Assembly: GCF_006345805.1 (NCBI RefSeq)
Contig: NC_043011.1
Span: 22,828,464 to 22,892,463, forward strand
Reading direction: 5' to 3'
Length of the DNA stretch: 64,000 bases
DNA from: Octopus sinensis
Taxonomy: Eukaryota
Below the pieces are notes generated by a model. The model worked only from the letters and a program-made list of their open reading frames with translations, was not told where the DNA came from and searched no databases. The position numbers were made by a program, and so were the translations under genes. Below are positions 55,501 through 63,286 of this stretch, in pieces (the first letter of the stretch is position 1; each line of letters opens with the position of its first letter).

Positions 55501-56739
55501 TTTTTTGTCATATTAAATTTCAAGGCTAATGTTTACAAGTACACCGGCACGAAAAAAATCGAATTTTATCTTTTTTTTTCAATCTACGTGGGAAAATATG
55601 GATATTGAGAATATGGGGGGTGGGGATAATTAATTTCAAATTTTCTGAGGAAACTCCAAAATTGATTCACACACTCCTCACCACTCTATCCCGATTGGGA
55701 AAAAAAAAATTCGAAAATAATTAAAACTTGAGGCGGAGAGGAGGGAATTTAAAATTTTGTAAACGTGGTTTTTGGCTTATTCGAAAACAGGATTCCGTTT
55801 CAAAAAAAAAAAGAAAGGAAAGAAAAAACGTCGATTTTTTCGTGCCGGTGTACTTGTAAACATTAACCAATTTCAATATATAATTGTAATATACACCATT
55901 CGAAAGGTATTTATAGGAAATTCCATTAAAAATATCCAGTTAATAGGAAAGCCAACCCGAGAGAATTTTACGAAGCACTCCCCACCCTCGGAAAAACCTC
56001 TTCACAACAAATTCCGATATAATCGGTATCTAGACCATCTGATGCATATTGACTCTTTTACTGGTTTCAGCCAGAAGCTGAAGTCATGCTGGAGCACCAC
56101 CTTCGAGTAAAGAATTCAGGTTCTGTAGAAAATTTCATGGTCAATATACAGTTTCATTAAAAAACAAAATCGATGGAGGGCACAAATGTGTAGGTATACC
56201 GATTTTAAAACCAATTATATAACGAGAAGTAAAAAAAAAGCATCGAAGCATAAAACGTAGGTTGTATTGATGCATAACTGTGAACAGATATTAAGGAAAG
56301 TGCAAGTTCTTGGTAGCCGCTTCATTTCGTTGCGCGACAGATTTTGAAACATAAACGACTGAAACACTCGAGTATAAGACATTCTTTAAATTTTTCTTCA
56401 TGCGATTCCAAAAATATTCTATATTCAATGTGTGAATTATTATCTGGATCGACAAAATTCTCATTATATATAACAATTGAATAACAATTTTCAAATTTGT
56501 GCTCACTTCCATTGCGTAGTAACTTAGTAACCACAATAAATAAGTTACATTATGTTATTTAGGTTCCCATATGCTTAGAGACATTCCGTAAAAAGTCATT
56601 TATAAACATCATTATGATAACAGCAATTAATCAAATTGCAAATTAATGAGATATTCTATGCAAGTATATAAAAAGGTAAAATTTGTTTCAATAAAACGAC
56701 TCAAGAGAAAAACACGTGTTTACTAACCGAGGCCGCCAT
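9689..56739 (-). CDS. NOC3L: Nucleolar complex protein 3 homolog, 20 coding exons, spliced CDS 2193 nt = 730 aa
   Basis: Exon peptides are collinear with human NOC3L as I recall it (e.g. FKDIVPGYKIR, LLVSCYHFNF, FKIDKLGAASLE, TYVRILKK, FAHFVNIDYFEDL, ILSGQGNVLNIDP, RVLAFMKRL, SGSGQFMPEVNDPEYSHAHNSSLWEL). All 19 introns are GT-AG with matching phases, and total length is divisible by 3. Confidence 0.96.
11101..11331 (+). mobile_element. Second tRNA-derived SINE family. Copies at 31280-31510(-), 21085-21210(-), 57150-57335(-)
   Basis: ggcggcgagctggcagaaacgttagc...gggttcaaattcc head, central ttcatcctttcggggtcgataaa(t)aagtac domain, tail cccctctgtgtgtagccccttgtgggcagtaaagaaata. Confidence 0.82.
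13985..14082 (-). CDS. NOC3L: NOC3L exon 19
   Basis: KHVCPDVVKFTNYVAHQAPLSGKGQLPAHLSK(L), 98 nt, ttttcag / GTTAGT. Confidence 0.92.
14225..14402. repeat. 24-bp compound GA/GT minisatellite
   Basis: gagagagaatgtgtgtgagagata repeated about 6 times. Confidence 0.9.
15325..15575. repeat. Polypurine (GAAA/GAAG/GAA)n tract
   Basis: About 250 bp almost exclusively A/G. Confidence 0.95.
16879..17007 (-). CDS. NOC3L: NOC3L exon 18
   Basis: SFPYTDVMFENEQSGSGQFMPEVNDPEYSHAHNSSLWELAILQ, 129 nt, ttgatag / GTAAAA. Confidence 0.95.
18088..19186 (+). mobile_element. 5'-truncated RTE-clade LINE (RT C-terminus plus 3' UTR)
   Basis: FCYLGD..., WKKFRKLLPLL, MLHGSET, RLRWYGHVLRM-like and GRGRPRKTWDEVV motifs with frameshifts/stops. 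3' UTR has GTGCC-GGT-GGCAC repeats and a (GAT)n tail. Confidence 0.9.
20192..20302 (-). CDS. NOC3L: NOC3L exon 17
   Basis: ITKHRVLAFMKRLSTIALQTLPEASIALLGVVRSLIH, 111 nt, cttcag / GTAAGT. Confidence 0.95.
20907..20977 (-). CDS. NOC3L: NOC3L exon 16
   Basis: (G)ESSEYMLLLLNTLEETIFKRKRQ, 71 nt, tttccag / GTAAAT. Confidence 0.9.
22478..23116. repeat. 28-bp G-rich minisatellite, about 22 copies
   Basis: Unit TCTTCTTGGGTATGTTGTGGTGGGTAGG with a few variant types. Confidence 0.95.
23301..23436 (-). CDS. NOC3L: NOC3L exon 15
   Basis: SLTLQQTIQCTLTAFMILSGQGNVLNIDPVHFYKYFYHRIISLNA, 136 nt, ttccag / GTAAGA. Confidence 0.95.
24880..25090 (-). mobile_element. CR1/L2-group LINE 3' coding remnant
   Basis: KKFFPLRILKAWNKLPPSVVNCQGTASFK matches the CR1-type C-terminal FFS.RV...WN.LP..VV...S...FK motif. 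Confidence 0.75.
25920..26150 (+). mobile_element. Probable 5' end of a degenerate mariner
   Basis: tatgaaggtgagctgaaaagttc terminus-like sequence and MGKIWYCGVSIF resembling mariner N-termini. Confidence 0.4.
26434..26506 (-). CDS. NOC3L: NOC3L exon 14
   Basis: FAHFVNIDYFEDLFSTLKSMIASQ, 73 nt, tttccag / GTGAGT. Confidence 0.95.
26630..26872 (-). mobile_element. SINE tail sharing the RTE 3' end. Copies at 9465-9610, 13330-13570, 16150-16660, 34845-35050
   Basis: On the minus strand it ends ...ggaagggtgcccagc...catgcaagcatggaaagtggatgttaagtcatgatg, like the RTE terminus, but is preceded by a non-LINE body and (GT)n. Confidence 0.7.
28091..28610 (-). mobile_element. Penelope-like element remnant (RT thumb - Cys cluster - GIY-YIG endonuclease)
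   Basis: VMFVEATAHGELTR...IKIVEKPG...PFENTTCTNENCMTCK...TYIGEMSRNIVERLNEHLK...QIQECFLINE..PVLN, with two in-frame TAG stops. Confidence 0.85.
29900..30000 (-). CDS. NOC3L: NOC3L exon 13
   Basis: NTRIIQHVFATYVRILKKSPDCALVTVVLEGLT(K), 101 nt, ttacag / GTGAGT. Confidence 0.94.
31581..31859 (-). mobile_element. RTE LINE RT fragment
   Basis: YYLGDILSSGGGDSESIVARVKTGWKKFRELIPLL, homologous to the ORF at 18088. Confidence 0.8.
32193..32273 (-). CDS. NOC3L: NOC3L exon 12
   Basis: REKQMERLQNELLETKASEDKKKKLEY, 81 nt, tttcag / GTAAGA. Confidence 0.93.
33285..33505 (+). mobile_element. piggyBac-type MITE. Partial copies at 9815-10015, 11690-11842, 14755-14945, 41848-42064, 54050-54260
   Basis: TTAA|ccctttag ... 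ctaaaggg|TTAA: TTAA TSD and CCC-start TIR. Confidence 0.85.
35127..35246 (-). CDS. NOC3L: NOC3L exon 11
   Basis: VLSTLLSLKIKEID...KMSRRERK, 120 nt, cactag / GTAATA. Confidence 0.93.
35381..35615 (+). mobile_element. Fourth SINE family. Degenerate copies at 16278-16500(+) and 8900-9065(-)
   Basis: tRNA-like head tggcttagtggttaggg...ttcgattcc, then cttgagcaaaacacttcatttcatgttgctccagtccactcagctg. Confidence 0.75.
35701..35795 (-). ncRNA. Type I hammerhead ribozyme (Penelope/retrozyme-like, minimal palindromic helix III)
   Basis: Minus strand: CCUUGAUUUUC-CUGAUGA-stem II (G-C closed, long, with apical hairpin)-GAAA-CAUAUG-UC-GAGAAUAAAGG. Stem I pairs 10 of 11 bp. Cleavage triplet GUC, predicted site between 35712 and 35711. 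Confidence 0.8.
36111..36523 (-). mobile_element. Solo LTR (413 bp) inserted in a SINE
   Basis: TGTA...TACA termini, AATAAA on the minus strand, 4-bp flanks CACA/CACT. The host SINE resumes exactly on either side. Confidence 0.75.
37105..37760 (+). mobile_element. Decayed mariner (DD34D-type) transposase
   Basis: Frameshifted GDENWIYF, QHDNAPAHTA, PHPTFSLDLVPSNYHFF (YSPDLAPSDY equivalent), RGIELLAQQWQQ. Confidence 0.85.
38119..38175 (-). CDS. NOC3L: NOC3L exon 10
   Basis: IVKGIEDLVKKKISLVKPK, 57 nt, ttttcag / GTAAGT. Confidence 0.9.
38697..39095 (-). mobile_element. RTE 3'-UTR fragment. Other copies: 1-115(-), 6566-6752(+), 7692-7963(+), 8195-8500(-), 10016-10521(-), 13085-13187(+), 17612-17930(-), 22225-22400(-), 30150-30541(+)
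   Basis: Same sequence as the 3' end of the RTE at 18830-19186 (aggaagggcatccagctgtagaaac...gcatggaaaacggacgttaaacgatgatg). Confidence 0.88.
39259..39330 (-). CDS. NOC3L: NOC3L exon 9
   Basis: SSNAACEAVKEVFKIDKLGAASLE, 72 nt, ttccag / GTGAGT. Confidence 0.94.
40480..40599 (-). CDS. NOC3L: NOC3L exon 8
   Basis: VMKEVATQCLCKLLVSCYHFNFRSELISFVVPCMNLFNKV, 120 nt, caacag / GTATGA. Confidence 0.93.
41274..41323 (-). CDS. NOC3L: NOC3L exon 7
   Basis: (Q)PKDDSTLSQTKLNDKK, 50 nt, atttcag / GTGAGC. Low similarity, but phases 1/0 bridge exons 6 and 8. Confidence 0.8.
42300..42701 (-). mobile_element. Composite tRNA-derived SINE (head - internal (TA/CA)n - tail). Other copies: 3213-3610(-), 4378-4770(+), 23664-24030(+), 34480-34800(-), 45465-45858(-); split copies 6430-7050(+), 43330-44915(+), 60355-61866(-)
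   Basis: Recurring ~400-bp unit: gctgtgtggtaagtagcttgcttaccaaccacatggttccgggttcagtcccac...ttgggcaagtgtcttc (B-box and CORE-like), microsatellite, then tail ending gactgaaacaagtaaaagagta. Resembles Octopus OR-type SINEs; exact family needs a Dfam/Repbase check. Confidence 0.85.
43006..44961 (+). mobile_element. Non-autonomous Helitron-type element, split by nested insertions
   Basis: A|TCTATATATATAAAA at the 5' end; degenerate hairpin cccaagcaaggccagg then CTAG|T at the 3' end. Confidence 0.65.
43522..44707 (-). mobile_element. Partial-tandem (pseudo-LTR-like) element: two ~406-bp direct repeats with a 372-bp spacer
   Basis: 43522-43927 versus 44300-44707 differ only by about one substitution and a 2-nt indel. 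No TG..CA ends; it ends in (TA)n. Confidence 0.7.
46073..46166 (-). CDS. NOC3L: NOC3L exon 6
   Basis: MSKEFKVLHSFEESLLKSYKHYLEYLWSVVS, 94 nt, ttttag / GTAAGT. Confidence 0.93.
46354..46735 (+). mobile_element. Third SINE family with a well-preserved tRNA-like head. Truncated copy at 2558-2745
   Basis: ggaggcgcaatggcccagtggttagggcagcggactcgcggtcgtaggatcgcggtttcgattccc head with A/B boxes, followed by a non-tRNA body. Confidence 0.82.
48200..48364 (-). CDS. NOC3L: NOC3L exon 5
   Basis: ISRLRELLLMLQ...TLMEIFKDIVPGYKIRKLTEKEQQQK, 165 nt, tttcag / GTAAAT. Confidence 0.95.
49368..50090 (-). mobile_element. Possible highly decayed piggyBac transposase
   Basis: Minus-strand pieces IFRIPILCDA and KYNGTCMVD*KTQM resemble piggyBac FGIK.F.LCD and YN..MGGVD..DQ. 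TTAA-ctcttt terminus near 49368. Confidence 0.45.
50538..50734 (-). CDS. NOC3L: NOC3L exon 4
   Basis: Acidic stretch then LSAAEQMLVKEEHLTKAKQKMALFALSIIENPNEH, donor GTAATT. Exact acceptor is uncertain (see findings). Confidence 0.88.
51686..51858 (-). CDS. NOC3L: NOC3L exon 3
   Basis: Acceptor ttatacag, GINKKAKKRK...YEKAPR...LLPVKMKNKIIPQSRE, donor GTTTGT (phase 1), 173 nt. Confidence 0.92.
52906..53162 (-). CDS. NOC3L: NOC3L exon 2
   Basis: Acceptor tttttcag, SKKNMRKKGKGKTSNVKIANKNQ...DLQYYQDNLSNISFLKNE, donor GTCAGT (phase 2), 257 nt. Confidence 0.92.
55524..55868. mobile_element. MITE with ~37-bp TIR and 8-bp TSD (Merlin-like)
   Basis: AATTTCAA|ggctaatgtttacaagtacaccggcacgaaaa ... tttcgtgccggtgtacttgtaaacattaacc|AATTTCAA. 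Confidence 0.85.
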
Positions 56740-56742
56740 GTT
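56710..56742 (-). promoter_or_regulatory. Palindromic E-box (AAACACGTGTTT, 56710-56721) and YY1-like motif AACATGGCGGC overlapping the start codon
   Basis: Motifs read directly from the sequence at the exon 1/intron 1 junction. Confidence 0.6.
56728..56739 (-). CDS. NOC3L: NOC3L exon 1 (coding micro-exon MAAS)
   Basis: AAC ATG GCG GCC TCG followed by donor GTTAGT. Phase 0 joins in frame to exon 2 (SKKNMRKK). Confidence 0.75.
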
Positions 56743-56829
56743 GAATTATGGAAGGGAGATAATTCCCACTCGATATCGTGTACATTCACAGAAAGAGTAA
56801 ATGTTCCTTCGGTCAAAAACCGAGGACTC

Positions 56830-56993
56830 GGCGATCCTTCGGTATAAGTACCAGAAGTGGCTTTGTTTACATTTCTGAGGATAACAGAAACCTTTTTCTC
56901 CCACCCCTAACACAAACCCTACCCCCCACCATATATATATTTAAAAAAACCACTTTCTTGAAATGTATCCGGTACCTATACCGAAGTTACGCC
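56830..56993. mobile_element. Small GG-ended inverted-repeat element just upstream of NOC3L
   Basis: ggcgatccttcggtataagtacc versus ggtacctataccgaagttacgcc (imperfect TIR). No TSD seen. Confidence 0.55.
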
Positions 56994-59633
56994 CAATATC
57001 TCTTATCAATACATGGGAAAGTGTTAGATATATCCGATATTTCCCGTTGTTTCTTTGGTTTTACTTTTTATTCTATTGAGGAGGAGGATTCTTAAAACTT
57101 TTTCCAGTATCGCTTGTCACCTTAAGTATTATTATTTCCTTCTACAAAGCCTGGAAATTTGGGAGAAGTGGGATGGTCGATTACAACGATCGAGCGCAAA
57201 TGATTTTTATTTTATCGATTTCAGTAGGACGAGAAGCAAAGTCGACCTCAGTATAATTTGAACTTTAGACGTAGAGTCAAAAGAAATGCCGCTAAACATT
57301 TTGCCAAATGTGCTAACGTTTTTACCACCTCGCCGCTTTTTCTAACCAGCAGAAAGACCCAGACTGGAGTCTTTTCTGTTTTCCATAAGATATTGAATAT
57401 TGATTATGTGCTCTTCTGATTGTTAGTTCGGAATTAAAGTCATCTATAGTGAGGACTCTACGATTTTTCATCTTTAAATTGCTTTTCTATTTATTAATTT
57501 GTTATAATGCATAAGTATATTTCTTTTCGGATCTATCATTCATCTGGATGATTGCTTAGACTGGCCTGAACCTGTACCGTTATTACATCATTCCCAGTAG
57601 TTCCTGGTCCAAGAATTTATGGTCTTCGCCCACAACACCGTAAAGTAACCAATGTCGGCTGGCCTCTATCTTCTGGTGTCTCACGTAGTTCGTGAACACA
57701 TTTTCTTCCAAGAGTATCGTCCCCTACATATGTCCCTCGATCTTTGTGCAAACCTATTTGATTCTTTAAAAGACTAAGGACTATCTCCAACTCGTTCGAA
57801 TTTGATATGCTTTGAGATGTTTTATAACGAAAATAAATTGTCATCGGTTTCCTATAGCATATATTCGGAGTTCTCACCCGTTTAACTCAAGGTTGGTACT
57901 GAACTGGAGTGTGAAGCAGTCGTCCACACCATGATGCTCTAGGGTGGTTCTCAAAGTTTACCTAAAAACACATTTAATTCAGTCAGACATGAAGGCTTGA
58001 CAGTTCAACCACTCTGCTTAGCGAGTACATTGGGACTCAACTTATCTCCGATTTTCTTAATCTGTTAATTTTTTTCTGCCTCGAGAGTTGAGCGGAGTAA
58101 CTCCATTGATACTACTGCACTGTTTGCATTGAATATCGATGGTATTCCTTGATTGAAAACCGGTGGGGTTGCTATTGCTATGTCTGAGACGAACTTTGAT
58201 AGTTTACTTAACCTGGAAGAGCTCTATATCATCCTTTATAGTCTAACAAATGGGGTTATATGTGGAAGAGTGAGCTGACGATGTATAAAACTCCTTTGAA
58301 TGCGGGTTCTACATGGATCACCATGCTGACTGAATGCGAGTGGCTTTGCTCATCATTCTGATATAAATTCAATATACTCCTTATTTTGGAGGCAGCTGGA
58401 CTGAGAAAGACTTCCGCCCGCACCCCAACCATTTCCTCCCATATTTGTTTATTTAAATTTTTTTTCTTTTTGCCAAAAATTCCCGTTTTCAGATACGGAG
58501 GTTCCGAAAATTGCCGAAAATCGGCATTTTGAAAATTCCCCACCCCCTTCCCACCCACAACTTCTTCAATTTTTACTTTTTTCCGCAACACTAATCCGAA
58601 AACCCTAACCTTAAAACCGTAACCCTAAGTACAGAAATGTTTTGAAATTTTTATCCGAATCCTGATGTCCGTATTTTTCCGCATATTTTGAAAAGAAAAA
58701 ATTCTTTAAAAATAATTTTAGAAAGACTTTTGGAAATTTCTTTTCAGAATCATAATCTCCGTATTTTTCCGCATATTTTGAGAAAAAAAAAATTCTGAAA
58801 AAAAAGTTTAAAATGAAGGAAATGGGGATGGGGTGGTAATTTAGAAATGTCGATTTTTGCCAATTTTTTTGCAGATTTGTATTCCCCGTAGTCGAAAAAG
58901 GGGGGGGGGAGATTTGTGTCGAGAAAAAAAGTTTTTAAAAAGGTTGGTTTTGGGGTGGGGACAAGCGAAATTTTGCCTTGGACTGTCCAGGAACGATGGG
59001 AGGAGAGACGATGGATGTACCCTTTTACCCCAAGCTTCGAATAGCCTTCCACTATAACTGACTCTTTCAACCTATCACTCATCCTAAATGCTACTGAGGA
59101 AAAGAGAGCTATTGCCTCCGTAACCAGATGGAATAAGGTTCTGAAATATATTTTCATGAGGATTTATATTTTTTAACCATGGCATTCAAGGCACAGTGTT
59201 GGTTGGATGATATCTGTTACATGATGACACTCAATTGTGTGCATATTCAGCCTTTCAAATTTTATAAAAAATTGGAAATATCATACTGAAGAGAGAAGTA
59301 AAATCAAATTACTTTACTCTCGAAACGTCGTGTTGATTCATTGTTTTTCTCTTTGCCTTCGTAAAAAAAGTATGTTTACCGTCATGGAGATTCTTATAGT
59401 AGCAGAAAAGGAATTTTTAACTCCTATTTCTAATTTCGGTATGTGGTGAAGCAGTTAGCTGAACCCTAATTACAATATATATATATATGTTGCTCCCCTT
59501 GGAGTGAACAGCTGGATTTATCATTGCTAAAAGCCAAGAATCACTTATTATTGACAAACTGACCAGCTGCAGAGATATCAACAAATTTTCTCTTCTCCCT
59601 TTCCTTCTTTTCTTTTATCACCCCTTTCAGATA

Positions 59634-59668
<35 letters not shown>

Positions 59669-61100
59669 TCTCCCTCACAAGACAATGATAAAAAGGAAAT
59701 CCAGACAATTTTTTGAAAAGTGACATTTTGCCCCCCTTGGAGTGAACAGCTAGATTTGCCATTGCTAAAAGCCAAGAATCACTTTTTATTGACAAACTGA
59801 CCAGCTACAAAGATATCAACAAAATTTTTTCTTCTTTCTTTCCTTCTTTTACTTTAACACCTATTTCAGATACAAACACACACACACACCCATGCTCCTC
59901 TCTCTCCCTTTCTCCCCATTCCTCACCCTCTTGTACTATCTTATATCTCTCCCCACCCCAACACACTCAATAATACTATAAAAAGAGTGAAAATTCCTGT
60001 AATACTTCAATTTGAAAACTCCACCAGAGTGGACAAAAGTGCTAATATATGATATATGATTTATAAAAACATGTAACAGACTAATAAATATCTGTAAATA
60101 TAAAACCATCCAGATTTCTGAGTACCTCATTTCTTCTAACATAAATATATATATCCAAATTAAAACCCAGAAATATATAGCATTAAATTATATTAATGCT
60201 AATTCTTCATTTTCTGGATTTTAATTTGAATATCTATAAACCAAGACTTATATTTAAACTTATTATTTTAGGAACACTACTATTCACAACAAAATAATGG
60301 ATAACAAACCAGTATTTCATTGGAATTTTCTATCCGTTAATGAGGCTACTTAAACCTCTTTTACTCTTTTACTTGTTTCAGTCATTAGACTGTGGCCATG
60401 CTGGAGCACCGCCTTTTGTCAAGCAAATCGACCCCAGGACTTATTCTTTGTAAGCCTAGTACTTATTCTATATGTCTCTTTTGCTGCACTGCTAAGTTAC
60501 GGGGTCGTAAACGCACCAGCATCGGTTGTCAAGCAATGTTGGGGGGACAAGCACACACACATATATGTGTGAATATGTATGAGTGGGCAGTTTTAGATGT
60601 GTGCGTGTGTGCGGGCATAAGAATGCATATATATATAGACGTTTTTACTTAGTATTTTTCCATTTTTTAGTTTTTTTTTGGTGGGGGAGGGCATATGTAT
60701 ATTCATTTTTCGTATATGCGTGTGTATGTAAGCGTATATAAACATGTGCGGGTATGTACATATATGGGCGTGTGTGTGTATGAGTGCATAAGGGCATGTC
60801 CGTATATGAACGTGGTTTTTATGCTTTGTATACTTCCTTATGTTTTTTCTGTTACCTTTAACAATGGTTTTTCTTGTGCTTGTGCGTATATAGACGTATG
60901 TATGAACTTTTACAGTACGCATGTGTGTGTGTGTATGAGGTTGTATATATATGCGTATATATTTGGCGAAAAATGCGAGTGAAGATGTGTACGTTTTCAT
61001 AGTGACGTATAAGTACGCACGTGGGTTCGCGAGCGCACATGTGAGCGTATGACTAGCCATGTTTACGTGTTTTACTATGAAATTTTAATCTTATTTTATA

Positions 61101-61394
61101 CTGGCAGTATCGCCCGGCGTTGCTCGGGTTTGTAAGGGAAATAACTATATAAACATTTTTAGAGAGTTACTTCCCCTATATAAAACCGAGCGAAAAATGC
61201 ATTAAAAATGCGGGAAAATGATGGTAAATTTTTTTTTAAATCGTAGACGCGCGCTAATACCAGAAGGGCTCGATATGAATCACGACTATAAGATACCCGC
61301 TTTTGGTTAAACTGCACCGCAAAATGTGGGAGTAGTTAGGAATCTAAATCGGAGTAGACAGACACACACACAACTACAATTTTATATATAAAGA
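61101..61394 (-). mobile_element. Non-autonomous Helitron-type element
   Basis: Minus strand A|TCTTTATATATAAAA ... hairpin CCCGAGCAACGCCGGG ... CCAG|T, no TSD. Confidence 0.82.
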
Positions 61395-61615
61395 TAAGTA
61401 GCAGAATTATAACACAGTAATTTCCCTTTATATATCGGTATTTTTTCATAGCGTTTTTTCAGATGGCCAGATAACCGAATTTCCACTTCGGCATCTGAAA
61501 CTCAGAGTTTTATCTTGACTATTGAGTAATTGTAACATATTATTTTATAGATAAATTTCCTCTATTTACATAATATTGATGTCTCTTTCTTTCTTTTGTT
61601 ATCTTACCGTTTTTA

Positions 61616-61619
<4 letters not shown>

Positions 61620-61692
<73 letters not shown>
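61620..61692. repeat. (TA)n microsatellite. Others at 6752-6810, 10524-10560, 24032-24130, 43490-43527
   Basis: Direct reading. Confidence 0.95.
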
Positions 61693-61695
<3 letters not shown>

Positions 61696-62147
61696 TACGT
61701 ACATACAACACGCTTCTTTCAGTTTCCGTCTACCAAATCCACTCACAAGGCTTTGGTCGGCCCGAGGCTATAGTAGAAGAGACTTGCCCAAGGTGCATGC
61801 AGTGGGACTGAACCCAAAGCCATGTGGTTGGTAAGCAAGCTACTTACCACACAGCCACTCCTGCGGCTATATTTAAATACACACACACACACATACATAT
61901 ATAATATGAGGGGTTTATTTCACTGTGTGTAAGTGCTATAATTGGTCATCCGTTAAGTTCCAAGTTCACAGCTGAGGCTGGCGCTAGGGATCCGTAGTAG
62001 GCTTCTGAGTCAGCAGACAAGGAGAAGGAAAACAAAACCAAGGCAAAACGAGCATCTCAGGTAATTTAAAGTAGTTAATTAGAGTAAAGTGAATCAAAAA
62101 AGGAAAAGTAGAAGGAAAATTGAAAATAGGAGAAATAGAAGTAATTA

Positions 62148-62712
62148 TTGGGTTGTCCGGAAAGTTCGTGCCGATTTATAGTAGCTTACCTTTCGACTTA
62201 TTTTAGAACATGGTTGAGTCGATAAAATAAAATTTGACTACACCTCCATTTAGAGCACAGTTTAAGCTATCTTTTCGTGGAAGAAGATTTATGTTCCTAT
62301 AACCTGTGTTAATTCTGTACCCTTTAAAATGGAAGATAAGCAAGTTCATTTTCGGTACTTGATGCTTTGGGAACCAGACAAAAATTGCTGTAGCTCGGCT
62401 GGGATGTTTTACCCCACCCTCAATATTCACCAGATATTGCTCCTTCGGATTTCCACTTATTCAGGTCTCTGTAGAATAGTCTTCATGGTAAAATTTTCAA
62501 TTCCTTGGATGACGTAAAAAGATACCTTGATGAATTGTTTGCCATGAAACCACCTCAATTCTGGGAAGAGGGGATTTTCAAGTTGAAGGAAGGATGAAGA
62601 CTCATTGTGCAACAAAATGGTTCATATTTGGTTGATTAAAAATGTAATGGCAAGTATTTATTGACCTTTTCATTTCCTTTAAAAATCGGCACGAACTTTC
62701 CGGACAACCCAA
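62148..62712 (+). mobile_element. Internally deleted mariner with intact ~30-bp TIRs and TA TSD
   Basis: TA|ttgggttgtccggaaagttcgtgccgattt ... aaatcggcacgaactttccggacaacccaa|TA. Internal MEDKQVHFRYLML and HPQYSPDIAPSDFHLF remnants. Confidence 0.92.
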
Positions 62713-62873
62713 TACTTCTGTTTCTCCCTTCTTGATTCACCTTACTCTAATTAAATATTCTAAACGCCCTTTCCTTTCCTTTAATGTGTGTGCGTGCATG
62801 TTTGTGTGTGTGTGTGTGTATACATATACATATTGAGTATCATAATTATAACAAATATTGGATATGCATTGAG

Positions 62874-63286
62874 GGATCTTTTCAGTTTGAACGGCAGTTT
62901 TTAACATAATTTCTAGGTAACTAAAAAATGTTAAACTTCGTATACTGGTAGAATGTGTTTATAAAACATCTTTTTCTCTTAGCTTTATTGAGAAAATTCT
63001 ATACTTTGTAAGATATTTGTTGTTGTTTTTTTCTTCAATTTCTGCAATTTCAACCAATCACTGACGTCCATTGAGGTAAAAAAACATTCTGTGCCGTATG
63101 AATATGTCCCTCGTTTAAGAAACAGATTGGGTTTATTTACATTTGTGAAGAAAAAAAAGATACCCTCCCCCCACCCTAACCCTAAAACAGATTGAAATGC
63201 AATAGATCGATACTAGGGCCATAATTATGGGTGACAATTTCATATGACACCGCTAGAAAAAACTGCCGTTCAAACCGAAAAGATCC
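62874..63286. mobile_element. MITE with ~29-bp TIR and 8-bp TSD (Merlin-like)
   Basis: GCATTGAG|ggatcttttcagtttgaacggcagtttt ... aaaactgccgttcaaaccgaaaagatcc|GCATTGAG. Confidence 0.88.
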
